DNA of 61,367 nt, filler included, from Fonticula-like sp. SCN 57-25 (lineage: Eukaryota): assembly GCA_001724245.1 (NCBI GenBank). It is 6 parts of 6 records of this genome, joined end to end, with 100 filler letters (N's around TTAATTAATTAA, not from the genome) between each part and the next. Parts side by side here need not be neighbours in the genome. Positions count along the whole stretch, not along the records: positions 20,931 to 31,970 come from MEDX01000248.1; positions 32,071 to 41,833 come from MEDX01000250.1; 4 more parts are not named here. One strand, 5' to 3'. Positions 22,165 to 35,091 of this stretch are shown piece after piece; position 1 is the first letter of the stretch, and every line of letters starts with the position of its first letter. Below the pieces are notes generated by a model. It was not told the DNA's origin. It did no database searches and saw only the letters and a program-made list of their open reading frames with translations. A program made the translations under genes and the position numbers.

Positions 22165-25100
22165 TCACTTGCGGTTCTCCAGGAACGCCTTGACCTTGAC
22201 GTACGGGTTGTCAAGCAGCTTTTCGTCGTTGACCTGCTGCGCCTTTGACACGAGATCAGAGAACATGGAGATGTACTGCTCCTCCTTTTCCATCTTGAAC
22301 AGGTCCAGCAGATACACGCTCGCATGACTGCGCAATAATGTTAGGCATACAGAAAGGTAAAACACAAGGTAAATATGTCGTACTAGACGATGGCGGGGTC
22401 GCGTGACGAGAGCAAGTTTTTAAAGAAGAGCAGGCCGATACTGTCGCGCTTAATTTGTGACCGCGTGGACAGCTTGATGATCATGATGAGCAGCACGGTG
22501 CAGATCTTGGAGTGCGACGGCTTGCCGAGCGACGAAAAGAGCTGATTCAAGATGGAAATGTTGATGCCCTGCAGCAGCGAAAAGGGAATGTAGGCCTGCC
22601 CGCTCAGGAAGCGGTCACAGTCAAGCTCAACCACCTCGGTATCATCCCACAATTGCCCTAAATATTGAAAGTGAGCACGCAGTACAAAAGATGGAAAAGA
22701 GGCGCACGTGTCCCGACGGCAAATAGCCGGTAGATTGTGTTGAAAATGTACACCATATTAGAGTCGCCCTTTTCCTGCGTGGTCAGTGTGCGGCCAAGGC
22801 GCTCATTCACAATGGCAATCACGCTCGCCACGTGGGCCTCGCTCCACGTCGGGCCCATCTATCGGCGGCAGTCAGCCTCAGCTAGAAAGTAGCACGGCTG
22901 CGTACCTTGTACACGCGGCTGTGAAGCTGCTTTTCGCAGATGCTCAGGTACACGCGGCGCTCCTTGGGCGACTTTGACAGCACGAGGCCGTTCAAAAGGC
23001 CCTCTACTTGCCGCCCGAGCGGCGTCTCGGTCCACTTGGCAGTATCCTCGGCATTGAACCGGTGCATCAACTCAAAGAGCCACGTCTGTGAAAGGCAACG
23101 AAAAGGCAAAAAATGGCAGATAGGAAAGGCAAAAAGACCAAAAAAGACACAGAAACAACCAAAACAAACCAGAAAAGAAGCAAAAAATCGGCAAAAAAGT
23201 TAGTTCTGACAATCACAATCATCATTCCTCGTACCGCCGCGACACGACGCTCGTTATCGTGACTGGACTCTGCCAGCTTCTTGATGACGTTCATGTCGTC
23301 TGGCGAGAGCTGCGACGACGCGACGGAGCGGTTGAACGCGGCGATAAAGTCCGGCGCAATTGCATTGTACGCCGCGGCGAGTCGCTCAAACTCGTACAGA
23401 ATTGCGACAAAGAGCGACTTGTTGACGCGGCCAATGAGCGGCTCCAGCACGGGGTCCTTTGCGAGGCACTCTGTGTACACAAACTGCAGCGTCCCATCAA
23501 CAAAGTCGGGCGGCGTGAACACAAAGAGGCGCGGGAAGACGCTCGGCGCGTCCACCAGCGACAGCAGCTCAAGCACAAGCGACGCGTCATCTGAGTTTAC
23601 ATTGCGTCAGCAACAAAGAAAAAACAGGAAAAACTATTCAAACGCACCTCTTGATGGAGCGTTCGGGGCCGCCTGGCCGATGCGCGAAAAGCAATAGTCA
23701 AAGAGGACGAGGAAAAGATTGTCGCGGCTCTCGGCCGAGTCGGTCGACATGTACAGGCCAATGATAAAGTTGGCGCCGCCGATGGCCTCGAGGCCGTCCA
23801 CGTCGAGCTCGGCGGGGTCGGTCGGGTACAGGCAGTTGACCAGCATCCGCGTGAGGTACTGACGCAGCTCGTGCGACATGTCGTGGATCACCGTCAGAAG
23901 CGTCGGGAACACGCGAATATCCAGCATAAGCAACCTAAAAGGTGTTCTAGTTAGGCCACAAACGGACGCAAAGCAAAATCACGCACTTTTCCTTGTCGAC
24001 GTGCGCGTTGTGGCAAATCATCATGAGGATGCAGTTGAGGGCCGCGAGCCACACTGGGCGCTCCGTGACGCGGCGGTGAAGGATCCACAGCACCATTTCG
24101 CACAGCTTTTCGTACAAGTCGTCCATCAGGTCCTGCACGCGCTCGTACTCTGCCGCGCACAACATTAGCGTCAGAAATGATGCAAAAAACACAGCGTACC
24201 TGCAAAGTATTCCTGCGGAGACTGCGGCGCTGCGTCCCCGCCAATCTTTTCGCCACCGACCTTTGGAAAGTACTCGGCCATCATGTTGGCGTGCACGACA
24301 ATGTTGAAGAGGAGGTTGAAGGCATGCACCTTTGACTCGGTGCTGCTCTCGTCCAGCAGCTCAAAGAATAGCGATAAAAGCTGCTGCTGCGCGGCGACCT
24401 CGCCAAAGCAGTACTGGTCCATAGCGATCTTGATCATGATCGAGCTCGCAGTGACGCGCGCCTCAATCCGCTCCTCGGGGTCCATCAGCGCATTCACAAT
24501 CTATCAAAAAAGCGTTAAACAATACAAGGCTAATGGATAATCATACCTCGTTGAGCTTTTCAAAAGGAAGGTCCAGCGCGAGCTGCTTCTTGTAAAATTT
24601 GTACGCAAACAGCTGCGGCGCCTGGCGCATCATCGCCATCGAGTTCACCTGCTGCATTTCCGCCTTCTTCACCTCCTTCACCATTGAAATGCGCTGGCGG
24701 ACCAGCGTCACATTCTCGATACGGACCACGTCGTCCATGACAATTTCGGGCCACGATTCGGGCGGCGACCGCTCGCGCTTGAACTGCCCGCCAAATAGAT
24801 CCGACCGAAGGAGCAGCGGCGCACCGCGCAGGATCTCTGCTTCTAAACGGCGCCGTCAGCACAATAAAAGTATAACACCATGAGCGGTAACGTACGGGCT
24901 TCCTCGGCGGCAAACACGCGTGGCCGCTCCCGCAACAGGTTGTGCACAATAAACTCGGGCTCGGGCAGATCATCAAAGGGATCGTCGCCGAGATCAACCG
25001 GCTCCGGCGCCTCCGAGATCGTTGGGCTGGGCGTGGTTTCATTAAAAGGCGTGCGTGCTGCCATCAGCGGCGATGACCCGCCGAGCGCGCCGTTTGATGC

Positions 25101-25484
25101 GCTCACATCCTTGGAGGGGTCTGGGTCGGACGTGCGGCGAATGTGCTTGGCGATGAGCGTCCGTAGCAAGTTGGCACTCGTCACCAGCGACTCGCTCTCC
25201 GTGCGCGCCGTTAGCTTCTTGCAGAACGCGTCCAGACGGTCGAGCGTGTCCCTACTCGGCACATACTGCACCAGGAATGTCCGCACGATCTTGAGGACGC
25301 GCCCGTGAGTGTCCACATCGTCCGACGCAACAGCGCGGTCCAGCAAAGCGCCACAGGCGAGATTTACGGTACTGGGGTCCTCAAAGTACCTCTGAAGCGT
25401 CTGTAGGTCGTCCCGCGTAGGCTCGTCCACCATGGTGCTCGTGAGCACCAGGCGCTGCAGCTGCTCATTGAGCGCGCCCGACAT
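22165..25484 (-). CDS. Conserved helical protein of unknown function (multi-exon)
   Basis: Chain of minus-strand exons bounded by GT-AG. SKVHAFNLLFNIVVHA and VWLAALNCIL recall the plant At3g12590-type family (from memory, unverified). Confidence 0.75.
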
Positions 25485-25730
25485 GCCTGCTAGCGAGTTA
25501 TGTTGATGTGATCCAACAGGCCTGTGGCAGGCATGTGTGATGTATTCCCCCGAAATGGAATACCGACAAGGGAACTGCATGGACTTTATAGGCGACTGAA
25601 TTCTGTTCTTTCCGACTGTCTTCGCACGCCCTATGTATGCCAAGACACACCCAGTATAGTGAACTGACTATATTATGATAGACTAATGCAATGGGCACGA
25701 GGCCTAGTCGTTATGTGATATCATATCTCC

Positions 25731-27029
25731 TCACTGGAGAATGCATGACCTGGACGGGTTTTCCTTGAGCTCGTCTTCCGGAGCGCTGCCTTCCTCGTCG
25801 TCCTCGTCCTCGTCGTCATCATCATCGTCTTCGTCGTCTGCGGCGTCGTCCTCGTATTCGTCCGCCTCGTCCTCGTCCTCGTCGTACTCGTCTTCTTCGT
25901 TGCGCTGCGACCCGTCGTCCTCCTCGTCGTCCTCCTCGTCGTCGGTCTGCTCGCCCTGCGCCGACGAGCTCGCATACGGCATAGGCGGCGGCGCTGGCTG
26001 AAACGTCACCTGAGCTGGCTGGTCGCCCGTGGCGCCGCTCACGAGCGCGGCGAGCTGGTCGCGCGCAGCTTCGTACGCGTCAGCCGCGGCCTCGCGCCAC
26101 GCGCGGTGCAGCGGGCCCGTGCTGCCCTTGGGCACAACGGGTGCAATGTCCAGCAGCTGGACGCCCATCAGCGACGCCATGTACTGGAGGTCAACGCCGG
26201 TCTGGCGGTCGCGCGCGGTGGCCTCGACGTCGTCCCATTCGGCGAGGCCGCCGTACTGGAGGGCGCCAAGCGGCGTGCGGCGCGCAGAGAGGTTGCTGCC
26301 GGCGCGCACGCGAACTACGACGAGCTGCTCGCCGGGGAAGAGGCGCTGCTGCGCCTCCTGCATCACGTAGAGGGCAAAGGCCTCGCGGCTCCACACGCGC
26401 GATGCGTCGGCGAACCAACGCGCAGAGTTGTCAGCGCGCTGTTGCATCGCTTTGCTTCGGATGCTTGCCGACTCGGACAGCCGCACGGGGGCAAACGAGC
26501 CGGGAGTGGCAGTGAGCACGTCGGCGAAGCGGCCCACGGCCAGCGATACATTGTGCGCAGGAGAGTGCGAGATCGGGACAGCAGCGCGGCGGCGAATGTC
26601 AAGCAGGCCGGTCACAAAAGGAACCTTGAGAGTCGACAAAGCGGCCGGGCCAAAGGCCTCGCGCATGAGCGCACGCTTTGCGCGAGCCGCTTGGACGGGG
26701 TGAATGGCACGCGCAGAGCCAAAGAGGCCTGAGGGCTCGGTCAGAAAGCTGAAAACAGTTTGTTAGTAGATCGGCACCAGCCGCTGCCAAGCGTACTGGA
26801 AGCGAGGGCCCAGCGCAGTGGGGCGAGCGCTGTCGGGGCTCACCACAGCCAAGGCGACGGCGGCGCCCCAGCCAAGGCCAGCGGCGGCATCAACGACCTT
26901 GGTCAGCGGGACACCCGCCTCCTCTTCCCACAAGCTTAGCACATGCACCGACGCCGCGGCAGAGTAGGGGCTGCCGCCATCAACAAGAAGCAGGACGCGC
27001 GGGCGTCCTTCCTTTCGACCGCCCTCCAT
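25731..27029 (-). CDS. Degenerate patatin-like protein with acidic C-terminal tail
   Basis: RVLLLVDGGS, VDAAAGLGWG (at the GxSxG position), ATPGSFAP, FADAS (at the DGG position). Confidence 0.6.
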
Positions 27030-27186
27030 AGGCGCAGACGACAAATGGAAAGGCACCCCAGGGCATAGCCAGTTAAGTATCCATGCACGTCAGGGCGCGT
27101 TGAAATTTCCCGCCGTCATCGTTGTGGTGAGTCAGCAAATACCTTGCCCGCCGCCTGACCGCCGCGCCAGCCGCCTCGCCGCCATC

Positions 27187-28686
27187 ATGTCAATGTATGC
27201 TGCTTCGCGGGAGCAGGGCAAAATGATCAAGAAGCTCATGTATGAGCAGCGACTTCGCGCGGAGCGTCGCCGGGAATACGCGTATTCTCAAAAGGGCGAT
27301 CCCAACCAGACGCTGCGGGTTGTTGGTGTACCGCTTCGAATCCATGCCGATCTCTCTGCGCACCAAGCGATCGAGAGCGGCGCGGCGCTGATGCCGTGCC
27401 CCGCTGCGCCTTCTGTAAAAGTAGACCGCTTTGACGGCCGCAACTTGCTAGACACCCTGGGTGACTCGGACCCGCTTACTGGAGCGACCGCGCGGCCCAA
27501 AGAAGAGGATCCCTCGCTTCCCTTTGAGCGCTACCGTGACCTGATCGACGCGGATCGCCGTCAGGTGTCAGAGATCTCGCGCCTCTCCGAGATCGAAGAG
27601 TGGTGGGAGTCTGTCTTTGAGCGCCCCAAGCGGCCGAACGCCCCGTCGAGCGCGCCGCCGGCCGCCGCCATTGGCCACGACTATGGCGCCGGCAGCACCG
27701 CTGGTGTGACCCAGTTGACGCCTGTTGCCGCATCATCCGTCTCTGGCTCTTCCCACCAGTCGGCGCAGTACGAGAATGAAAAAGAGCTTGACAAGAACTG
27801 GAGCAAGCTGCCTGAGCGCGAAAAAGACTGGCTTGGCCAGGTTGCGCGCCCGTACGGCGTGAACCACTACGTGACGCTCCTGCGTGAAGCTCTCCGGCGG
27901 GCGAGCAGCCACGATGACCCGCTCGACGCCACCCAGCGCCGCCAACTGTCGCGCGACGACCGCAAGCGCATGCGGAGGCTGCTCAAGGAGCGCGCGCGTG
28001 CAGGCGACGGCGCGTCATCGACAGCCTTTCACGGGTTCGGCGAGGACGAGTCGGGCAGCAGCGACAGCGACGACAGCGGGTCCGACGACGGCGAGCGGCG
28101 GCACAACAACGGCTTCGTCATTGAAATCGCCGGCACAGCAGCGTCAATGCCCTCAGCGCCAGTGCCTGCGGCGCCAGCGCCCGCTGTCCGCCCGCCCGCA
28201 CCGGTTGTTCGCCCGCCACCGCCGCGACCGGCACAGGCGCCCGAGCCGCCCAAAAAGTTGTCCGCCATGGAGATGCTCAAGTTGCGCACGCGCCAGGCAC
28301 TCAACGCTTCGAGTACGTTACCGTCGCGTTTAAAATGAATCGCTAACGTGCATACAGTCGCCGCTGACCACGACAAAACGCAGTCAAAGAACGCCGAGCG
28401 CGAGATGATGCGCCGCATGGAGACGATCTCCAACCCGCCACCGCCCGCTGGGCGCCGGAGGTCGCAGTCCCGCTCGCGCTCTCGGTCGCGCGGCGGCCGC
28501 GGAGGAAGGCGCTCGCGGTCACGGTCACGGTCAAGGTCGCGCTCGCGCAGGGACTCGTACCGGCGGTCGCGGTCGCGGTCGAGGTCACGGACGCGTCAGC
28601 GGGACAGGTCGCCGGGCGCTTACCGGCGGCGCTCGCGCTCGCGTTCGTACGACAGGGGGCGCGGACGGTCGCGGGATGCACGCTAA
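27187..28686 (+). CDS. CLASRP: CLASRP/SFRS16-like SR splicing regulator
   Basis: RAERRREY...DP...DRFDGRNLLD...FERYRDL; C-terminal RS domain. Confidence 0.85.
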
Positions 28687-28808
28687 AAGCCTACATTGTA
28701 CATTCACCAGTCGAAATTCAGTTGCATTTTCATAGTTTCAGCTTTATTTCATTTCAATTCAGTTACATTCTCATTATAATAGTGGATAGTGTACAAGTGA
28801 CAAGCGAT

Positions 28809-29523
28809 TTACATGCGCGACACAGTGCTCGGGTCCGCGGGCCCGTCGAGCATGGGCGCCTGCACGACGTTCTTGAGGAACGTGTGGAGGAAAAAGGCGG
28901 TCAGGCCCCACACGTCGCGCGGCCCGCCCTTGAACACGGGGATATTTAATGTCGAGTTGCGGAACGCCAGCCAGTGCAGGTTGGCCGGGTCCGTGAGCGT
29001 CCGGATGGACATGCAAAAGGGAAACTCCACCTCGGACGAGTTGATGAGCAGCTTATTCGGCTCAACACTACACCGTGGTCAGTACGGAAATACATTGCGC
29101 GTGCCATGCGTACGCTCCAACAAACCCTACAAATGGGTACACGCTCAGCGTAGTGCCCTTGTTCGGCAGCGGCGGGAGCGATCCGAGAATGGTGATGTTG
29201 CTCGGCAGGATGCCGACCTCCTCAAACGTTTCCCTCACGGCCGCATCCTCCAGCGTCCCATCCGTTTCGTCCTTGTGCCCGCCCGGGAAGCTCACCTCCC
29301 CGCGGTGGGCCGTCATCAGCGCGCTGCGCACTGTAAACAGCACGCTCGGCTCGCCGTCGCACATGCACAGGGGCAGCAGAACGGCCGCCTCCCGCTTCGG
29401 CAGCGTAGCCGGCATGAGATGCGAGGGGTATGACAGAGAGCCCGAAAGGCTACCGAGGCGCGCTGACAGCGCCGACAGGCCCGCCGCGTCAAGCGTTATC
29501 AAAGAGCCCATGCCTCGCTGCAT
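28809..29523 (-). CDS. CoA-pyrophosphatase-type Nudix hydrolase (NUDT7/8, PCD1 family)
   Basis: AAVLLPL, VLFTVRS, HRGEVSFPGG...AAVRETFEEVG, VWGLTA. Confidence 0.9.
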
Positions 29524-29585
29524 CCCCAACAAAGAATGACAAAGCACGAAAAAAGCGCGCGAAAATCAGTCATCATTTGGTCGCC

Positions 29586-31970
29586 ATGAGCATCCGCGCC
29601 ATCGACAAAGGGGCGGTGCACCGGATCTGCTCAGGGCAGGTCGTGCTGGACCTTGCGACAGCCGTCAAAGAGCTGGTCGAGAACAGCATGGACGCTGGCG
29701 CCACCGTCGTCGAGGTCGTAGTGCGCGACAATGGCCTAGAAGGTTTTGAGGTGAGCGACAATGGCTGTGGGATCGATCCCGCCAACTACGAGGCGATTGG
29801 TGCGCCGCCCACTTTTCGGCATTGCTTGTTGCTCACAGTCCTCCCCGCACATAGGACTGAAACACTACACGAGCAAGCTTCGCGAGTTTGACGATCTCTC
29901 CCGTATGGTCACCTTTGGCTTCCGCGGCGAAGCCCTCTCGTCGCTCTGCGCCATCGCCGAGGTCTCGATCGTGTCGCGGACGTCAGAGCAGACGATGGGG
30001 ATGCACCTGACGTTCAACTCTGACGGCGTGCTCGTGTCGCAGTCCCCCGTCGCGCGCCCCGTGGGCACGACTGTCACTGTGCGGAACCTGTTCCACTCGC
30101 TGCCCGTGAGGCGGGCCGAGTTCCAGCGCAACGCCAAGCGCGACTATGCGCGCTGCGTGGCGGTCCTCACCGCCTACGGGCTCATCTCGACCCACGTAAA
30201 GTTCTCCGTTTCCCACATTGCGGCCAAAGGCGCGCGTAGCCGCGTCATCAGCACTGCAGGCGGCGCCAACGCGCGGCTGCGGGACACCATCATCGGCCTC
30301 TTTGGGTCGCGGCAGCTCGCGTCGCTGCTGCCGCTCGACGTGTCGGTCCCCCTTACGGGCGGCGGGGTGGCGCACATGTCGGGGTACGTCTCGGGGCCCG
30401 ACCACGGCGCCGGCCGCTCCACGTCGGACCGCGAGTTCACCTTTGTCAATGGCCGCCCGGCGGACCTGCCGCGCCTCACAAAGGCCGTGCGCGAGGCGTT
30501 CCACGCGTTTAATTCGACACAGTCTCCCTTTCTGGCACTGCACATTCAGCTTCCGCCCGACGCGCTGGACATTAACGTCACGCCCGACAAGCGCACGCTG
30601 CTGCTCCACGACGACCGGCGACTCTTTGACGCGCTCCGCGAGCATGTTGCGGAGACTCTAGGACAGGTGGCGGGCGTTGCAATCCCGTCAAATCCGCCAG
30701 TGAAATCTACACAAACCCGCCTTTCCAGGAGCAGCAGCACGCCTTCAACAGACTCTTCAGATGCGCCGAGCGAACCAGATAGAGTCGAGTCAGACATGGC
30801 CGAGTCAGATAGAGTCAAGGCAGACAAGGCTGAGCCAGTTGCAGCTGAACCTATTCCAGAACCACTTCAAGTCGAGTCAGTACAAGCAAAGCAAGTTGAA
30901 GCAAAGCACGTTGAAGTTGAGCCTGTCGAGGAAAGCGAGACAGTCGAAGCGAATGATACAGTTACCAAGTCAAAATCGAATGAGTCAGGTCTGGACAGCG
31001 CGCCGGTTTCCGCCGTCAAGTCAATACCCATTTCAAGCAAGGTAGATGTACGAGTAGAAGACGACGAAGAGGAAGAAGAAGATGAGAATGATGATGAAGA
31101 AGAGGAGGCGGAAGACGAGAATGATGAAGAAGAGGAGGAAGAAGACGACGCCCAAGAAGAGGCGACACAGAGCCGGCCGGTCCGCTCTGCGCCCAAGCGT
31201 GTTCGCGAGCCAGTAGAGGAGGAGCCGCGTCAGTCGTCTCGGCCACGCATCGAGTCCCTCGCTCACACCGCTCGCCGTGCAGCACCACCTCCCGCTGCTC
31301 GCAACTGGATCGTCGGCCTCGACCTCGGGCGCCGATCACGGCGATCCGTTAATGTCGAGCCCGAGGAGGAGATCGCCCCTCGTCCATCGGCAATTTCCCG
31401 CTCATCCCGGCCATCAGCTTCACTTTTGTCTGCCGCCCGCCCTGCTGCTTCCCGGCCGGTCAACCTCGAGGATAGCGCGCTCAGTGAAGAAGAGGAGCCG
31501 GCGGACGAGGCCGATCTGTGCTGCGACGCGCCGGAAATTGTCGTCGAAGTTGACGTGTACGCCTCTCTGAATCGTATTCTTTTGTGCTTACTGTTTATAG
31601 TGCGCCGCCCGCCGCCGACGTGAGCGGCGATGTCGATATGACGTCGGTCCCGGTAATGGACACGTCGCGTCTCGCCGAGCGGATTCTCAAAGCTCGCCCG
31701 TCTTTCACTGCGCCGAGCGTTGGCGAGAGCGGCGGGTTTTGCGTCGCGCTGCAAGAGACGTCGCAAAAAGCGGCGGAAAAGGAGCTCAGTCGCCGCTTTG
31801 TCCAGTCCGATTTTGTTCAGATGGAGATTATTGGCCAGTTCAACCTCGGCTTTATCATTGCGCGGCGCGGCAGCGACCTCTTTATCATTGACCAGCACGC
31901 GACGGACGAAAAGTTCAACTTTGAGCAGCTCGTGCGCGACACTGTCATCCACAGCCAGCGCCTCGTCGTG
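29586..31970 (+). CDS. PMS2: Mismatch repair endonuclease PMS2 (yeast Pms1), 3'-truncated
   Basis: VHRICSGQV...[43 protein letters not shown]. Confidence 0.95.
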
Positions 31971-32070
31971 NNNNNNNNNNNNNNNNNNNNNNNNNNNNNN
32001 NNNNNNNNNNNNNNTTAATTAATTAANNNNNNNNNNNNNNNNNNNNNNNNNNNNNNNNNNNNNNNNNNNN
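31971..32070. other. Artificial contig linker
   Basis: N44-TTAATTAATTAA-N44. Confidence 0.98.
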
Positions 32071-33919
32071 ACAAAGTCGTAGAGATCGCCGACCGTCTCT
32101 GACGCGAGGAAGCGCCGCGTGACGCTCTTTGTCGGCAGCGTGAACGCAATGAGCGTCAGCTCGCCCTCGGTCGGCTCGGGCTTGAGCTGCCGCGTCTTGG
32201 ACTCTTTGCGCTTCTGCAGCGCCTCTGCCTGCTGGCGAGCGCGCTCCTCGGCCTCGGCCTTGGCGCGCGCCTCTTCCTCGCGAACGCGACGCTCCTCGCG
32301 CTCCTTTGCCTCTAGCTCCTCCTGCTTGCGGCGCTCGCTCTCCTGCTCGGCGCGAACAGCCTCCTCGTACTCGCGGTCCTGCTGCTCCTTGAGCAGGCGA
32401 GCCTGATCGCGAGCCTCACTGAAATAGAGTCAGTAAAAGTGTTCATCGTACATCAACGAAACAGGGAAAACGATGCTTAAAGAACATAAATTGCACGAAC
32501 AAACCTGAAATCCGTATGCCATCACACATACCAAAAACCCACAATATCCAGCACAATACACGAACCAAGATGTGTCCCCAATTGTGCTCATCACTGACCC
32601 TTTTCTACCCCTAGCCCACGTGCGCACCGCTCACGCCTGGACCTCTCGAGCACTGCGCCGTACCGCTCGACGACCTCGCTGAGCGCCCCCACGAGCGCCG
32701 TGGCCGATACCATTTCCTCGCTCTTGAAGAGCGTGCTCCACCTCCCCGCGGCGTTGCTCCTCGCGGCCTGCGGACTCGGCCCGCGCGCGAGCACCGCGAC
32801 AAACGGATACGACGCGGCGTTGAGGCTGACGCCGAGCTCGTACGCCTCGCGGTCAGCGACGTCGGCCGCCCAGATGACGAAGCGGTTGTCGGCGAGGAAC
32901 TGCGAGAGCGCAGACGAGCTCATCGTCTGGCGGCAAAAGGCGTCCGTGTCCTGGTGGTCCGTGCAGTGAAGGTACACAAAGAGGAAGCGCTGCTCGCGCT
33001 CAGCGAGGGAGCGCGCAGAGGCAAAGCTGCCCTCGTGGAAGCGCGGGTGCGACGAGCCGTACTTTTGGTCAAAGTTTAGCACGAAGCGCGAGGCGGCGGC
33101 AGAGGGGTCAGAATGGCCGCGGTCGCTCGCGCTGCCGCCGAGAAGCATATTGATAAAGGCAAATACTTGTGATGCTATGAACGAGGGAGGAGATGCGTGA
33201 GAATACCAAAAACATGTCAGAATCAACTTGAACACGGCCACAATGTTGGCAACAAGAAACAAGCAAAAAAGGGACACTCAAGAGCAAATCCATATTTGCA
33301 CACACTTCAGATCAAAGAGCACAAAATATTCAACAACATCAATTCACGCAAATATGCGCGCTGCACTCTCATCCCGCATTTCTAGTTAAGTGTTGTGATC
33401 GCACCTACAAAACTGACGAGCGCCCACGACATGTTCACTGGAAGGCGCAGCAGCATCGGCCCTGACGTCATCAACTGCGCGCGCTCAAAGATCATAGGGA
33501 GCCGAAGAAGACCCGCGGGACGCCGCGCGTTGACGGCCGACCGCGCAGGCGTGGAGCTCAGGATGCCGCTCGCGTCATCGGCGGCATCTGCACGCGACGA
33601 ATAGGCCGATGAGCTGCCGGCCCCGGACGATGAAGAAGAAGAAGCGCCGGACGAGTAATTGCCTCGCCGGCTGGAGGAGGCCGAGCTGTGAGCTGAAGCT
33701 GTCGCACCGGGATCTTCCAGCGCCGCATTGACGGCCGCCTGAATATCCCAATTGAACACGCCCATGATGGTGCGGCACTCTTCCAGGCTGTCCTTATTTG
33801 TAATCGCCTGGCAGAAAATATGTCAGCCGCTAAAACTACACCAAGCACAAAATCAGCTCGCCGCATACCTGAAACTGTAAAAGCAGCTCGTTCTGCTCGG
33901 GCGAAAGATCGTCCGCCAT
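32071..33919 (-). CDS. FAF2: FAF2/UBXD8-like UBA-UAS-UBX protein, 3'-truncated
   Basis: LLQFQ...WDIQAAV (UBA), RFLFVYLHCTDHQDTDAFCR (UAS), EQDREYEEAVRAEQE, TRRFLAS (UBX start). Confidence 0.85.
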
Positions 33920-34172
33920 GTTGACAAACAGCTGATGCTGCTCTCCTGCAAGCAGCCTCTTACGTAATCGAAAGAACTTTACCGAAACGCTGACATCATA
34001 TTTCGTCCCGATTTGCAAATCGTCTCACTAATGCTGACAACGACCATCATCCCACCATATTGCCCTATGTTGTCGACGTCACCGTGGAGAGCTGTTTTTC
34101 AACCATCGTAGTCTCTTTCCACGCGCTCACTTTTTTCTGCGCGCGAAGGGAGATCCGGAATCCCCGCCAGCC

Positions 34173-34671
34173 ATGCCGAAGAATAAGGGTACGTTCTTTC
34201 GCGCTCTTGCTCTCTCTTTATTGTGCTCGCACGAGCCTGTTTCTTTGCATGCTCATTGTGTGCAAACTAATAGGAAAGGGAGGTAAGAACCGCCGCCGCG
34301 GAAAGAATGAGAATGAGGGCCAGAAGCGCGAGCTGGTCTTTAGGGAGGACGGCCAGGAGTACGCGCAGGTGACCAAGATGTTGGGCAACGGTCGCCTCGA
34401 GGCGTTCTGCTTTGACGGCGAGACGCGACTTTGCCACATTCGTGGCAAGCTGAGGAAGAAGGTCTGGATCAACAACGGCGACATCGTGCTCGTGGGTCTC
34501 CGCGACTACCAGGATGCCAAGGCCGACGTCATCATGAAGTACAATTCCGAGGAGGCGCGCAGTCTCAAGACGTACGGTGAGCTTCCCGACACGGCAAAGA
34601 TCAACGAGACGGATACGTTCAACGAGGAGGAGGACATTGAGTTCGACGAGGCCGCTATCGACGACATTTAA
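34173..34671 (+). CDS. EIF1A: Translation initiation factor eIF1A (one intron)
   Basis: [18 protein letters not shown]...[14 protein letters not shown]...[12 protein letters not shown]. Confidence 0.97.
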
Positions 34672-35091
34672 ATAAAGGAGGCGCAAAAGTTGAAAGTGGA
34701 CTGGAATCGATACAATTAATCGGTGTCGCTTTCAATTATGCTGCGCTGGAGCCGGCAAGTGATGCGACGCGATTACAAAAAGCACCGTTTTTCAATACTT
34801 TTTATTTTTTCCGTTCTCTTTTTGTGATATGATGGTCACTTTTGTTTGCGGTCGGGTGGCTGATCATGATGTGACATGTCTTGACCTCGCTGTAATCTGT
34901 ACATAGTCAGAATGCTGAACGAATGCTATAAGCTTCTGTCCCCTATTCCATTCCACCACAAAAATGCCTGCCAGGGCCGCCAGCTTCATGTGTCTCATAT
35001 AAATATATTCTTAAGGATATGGCTGCTTGGCCAATACATAAATCAAGGTAATCGAATTGGATGCAATAATAAATAACACTAAAGCAGCACA

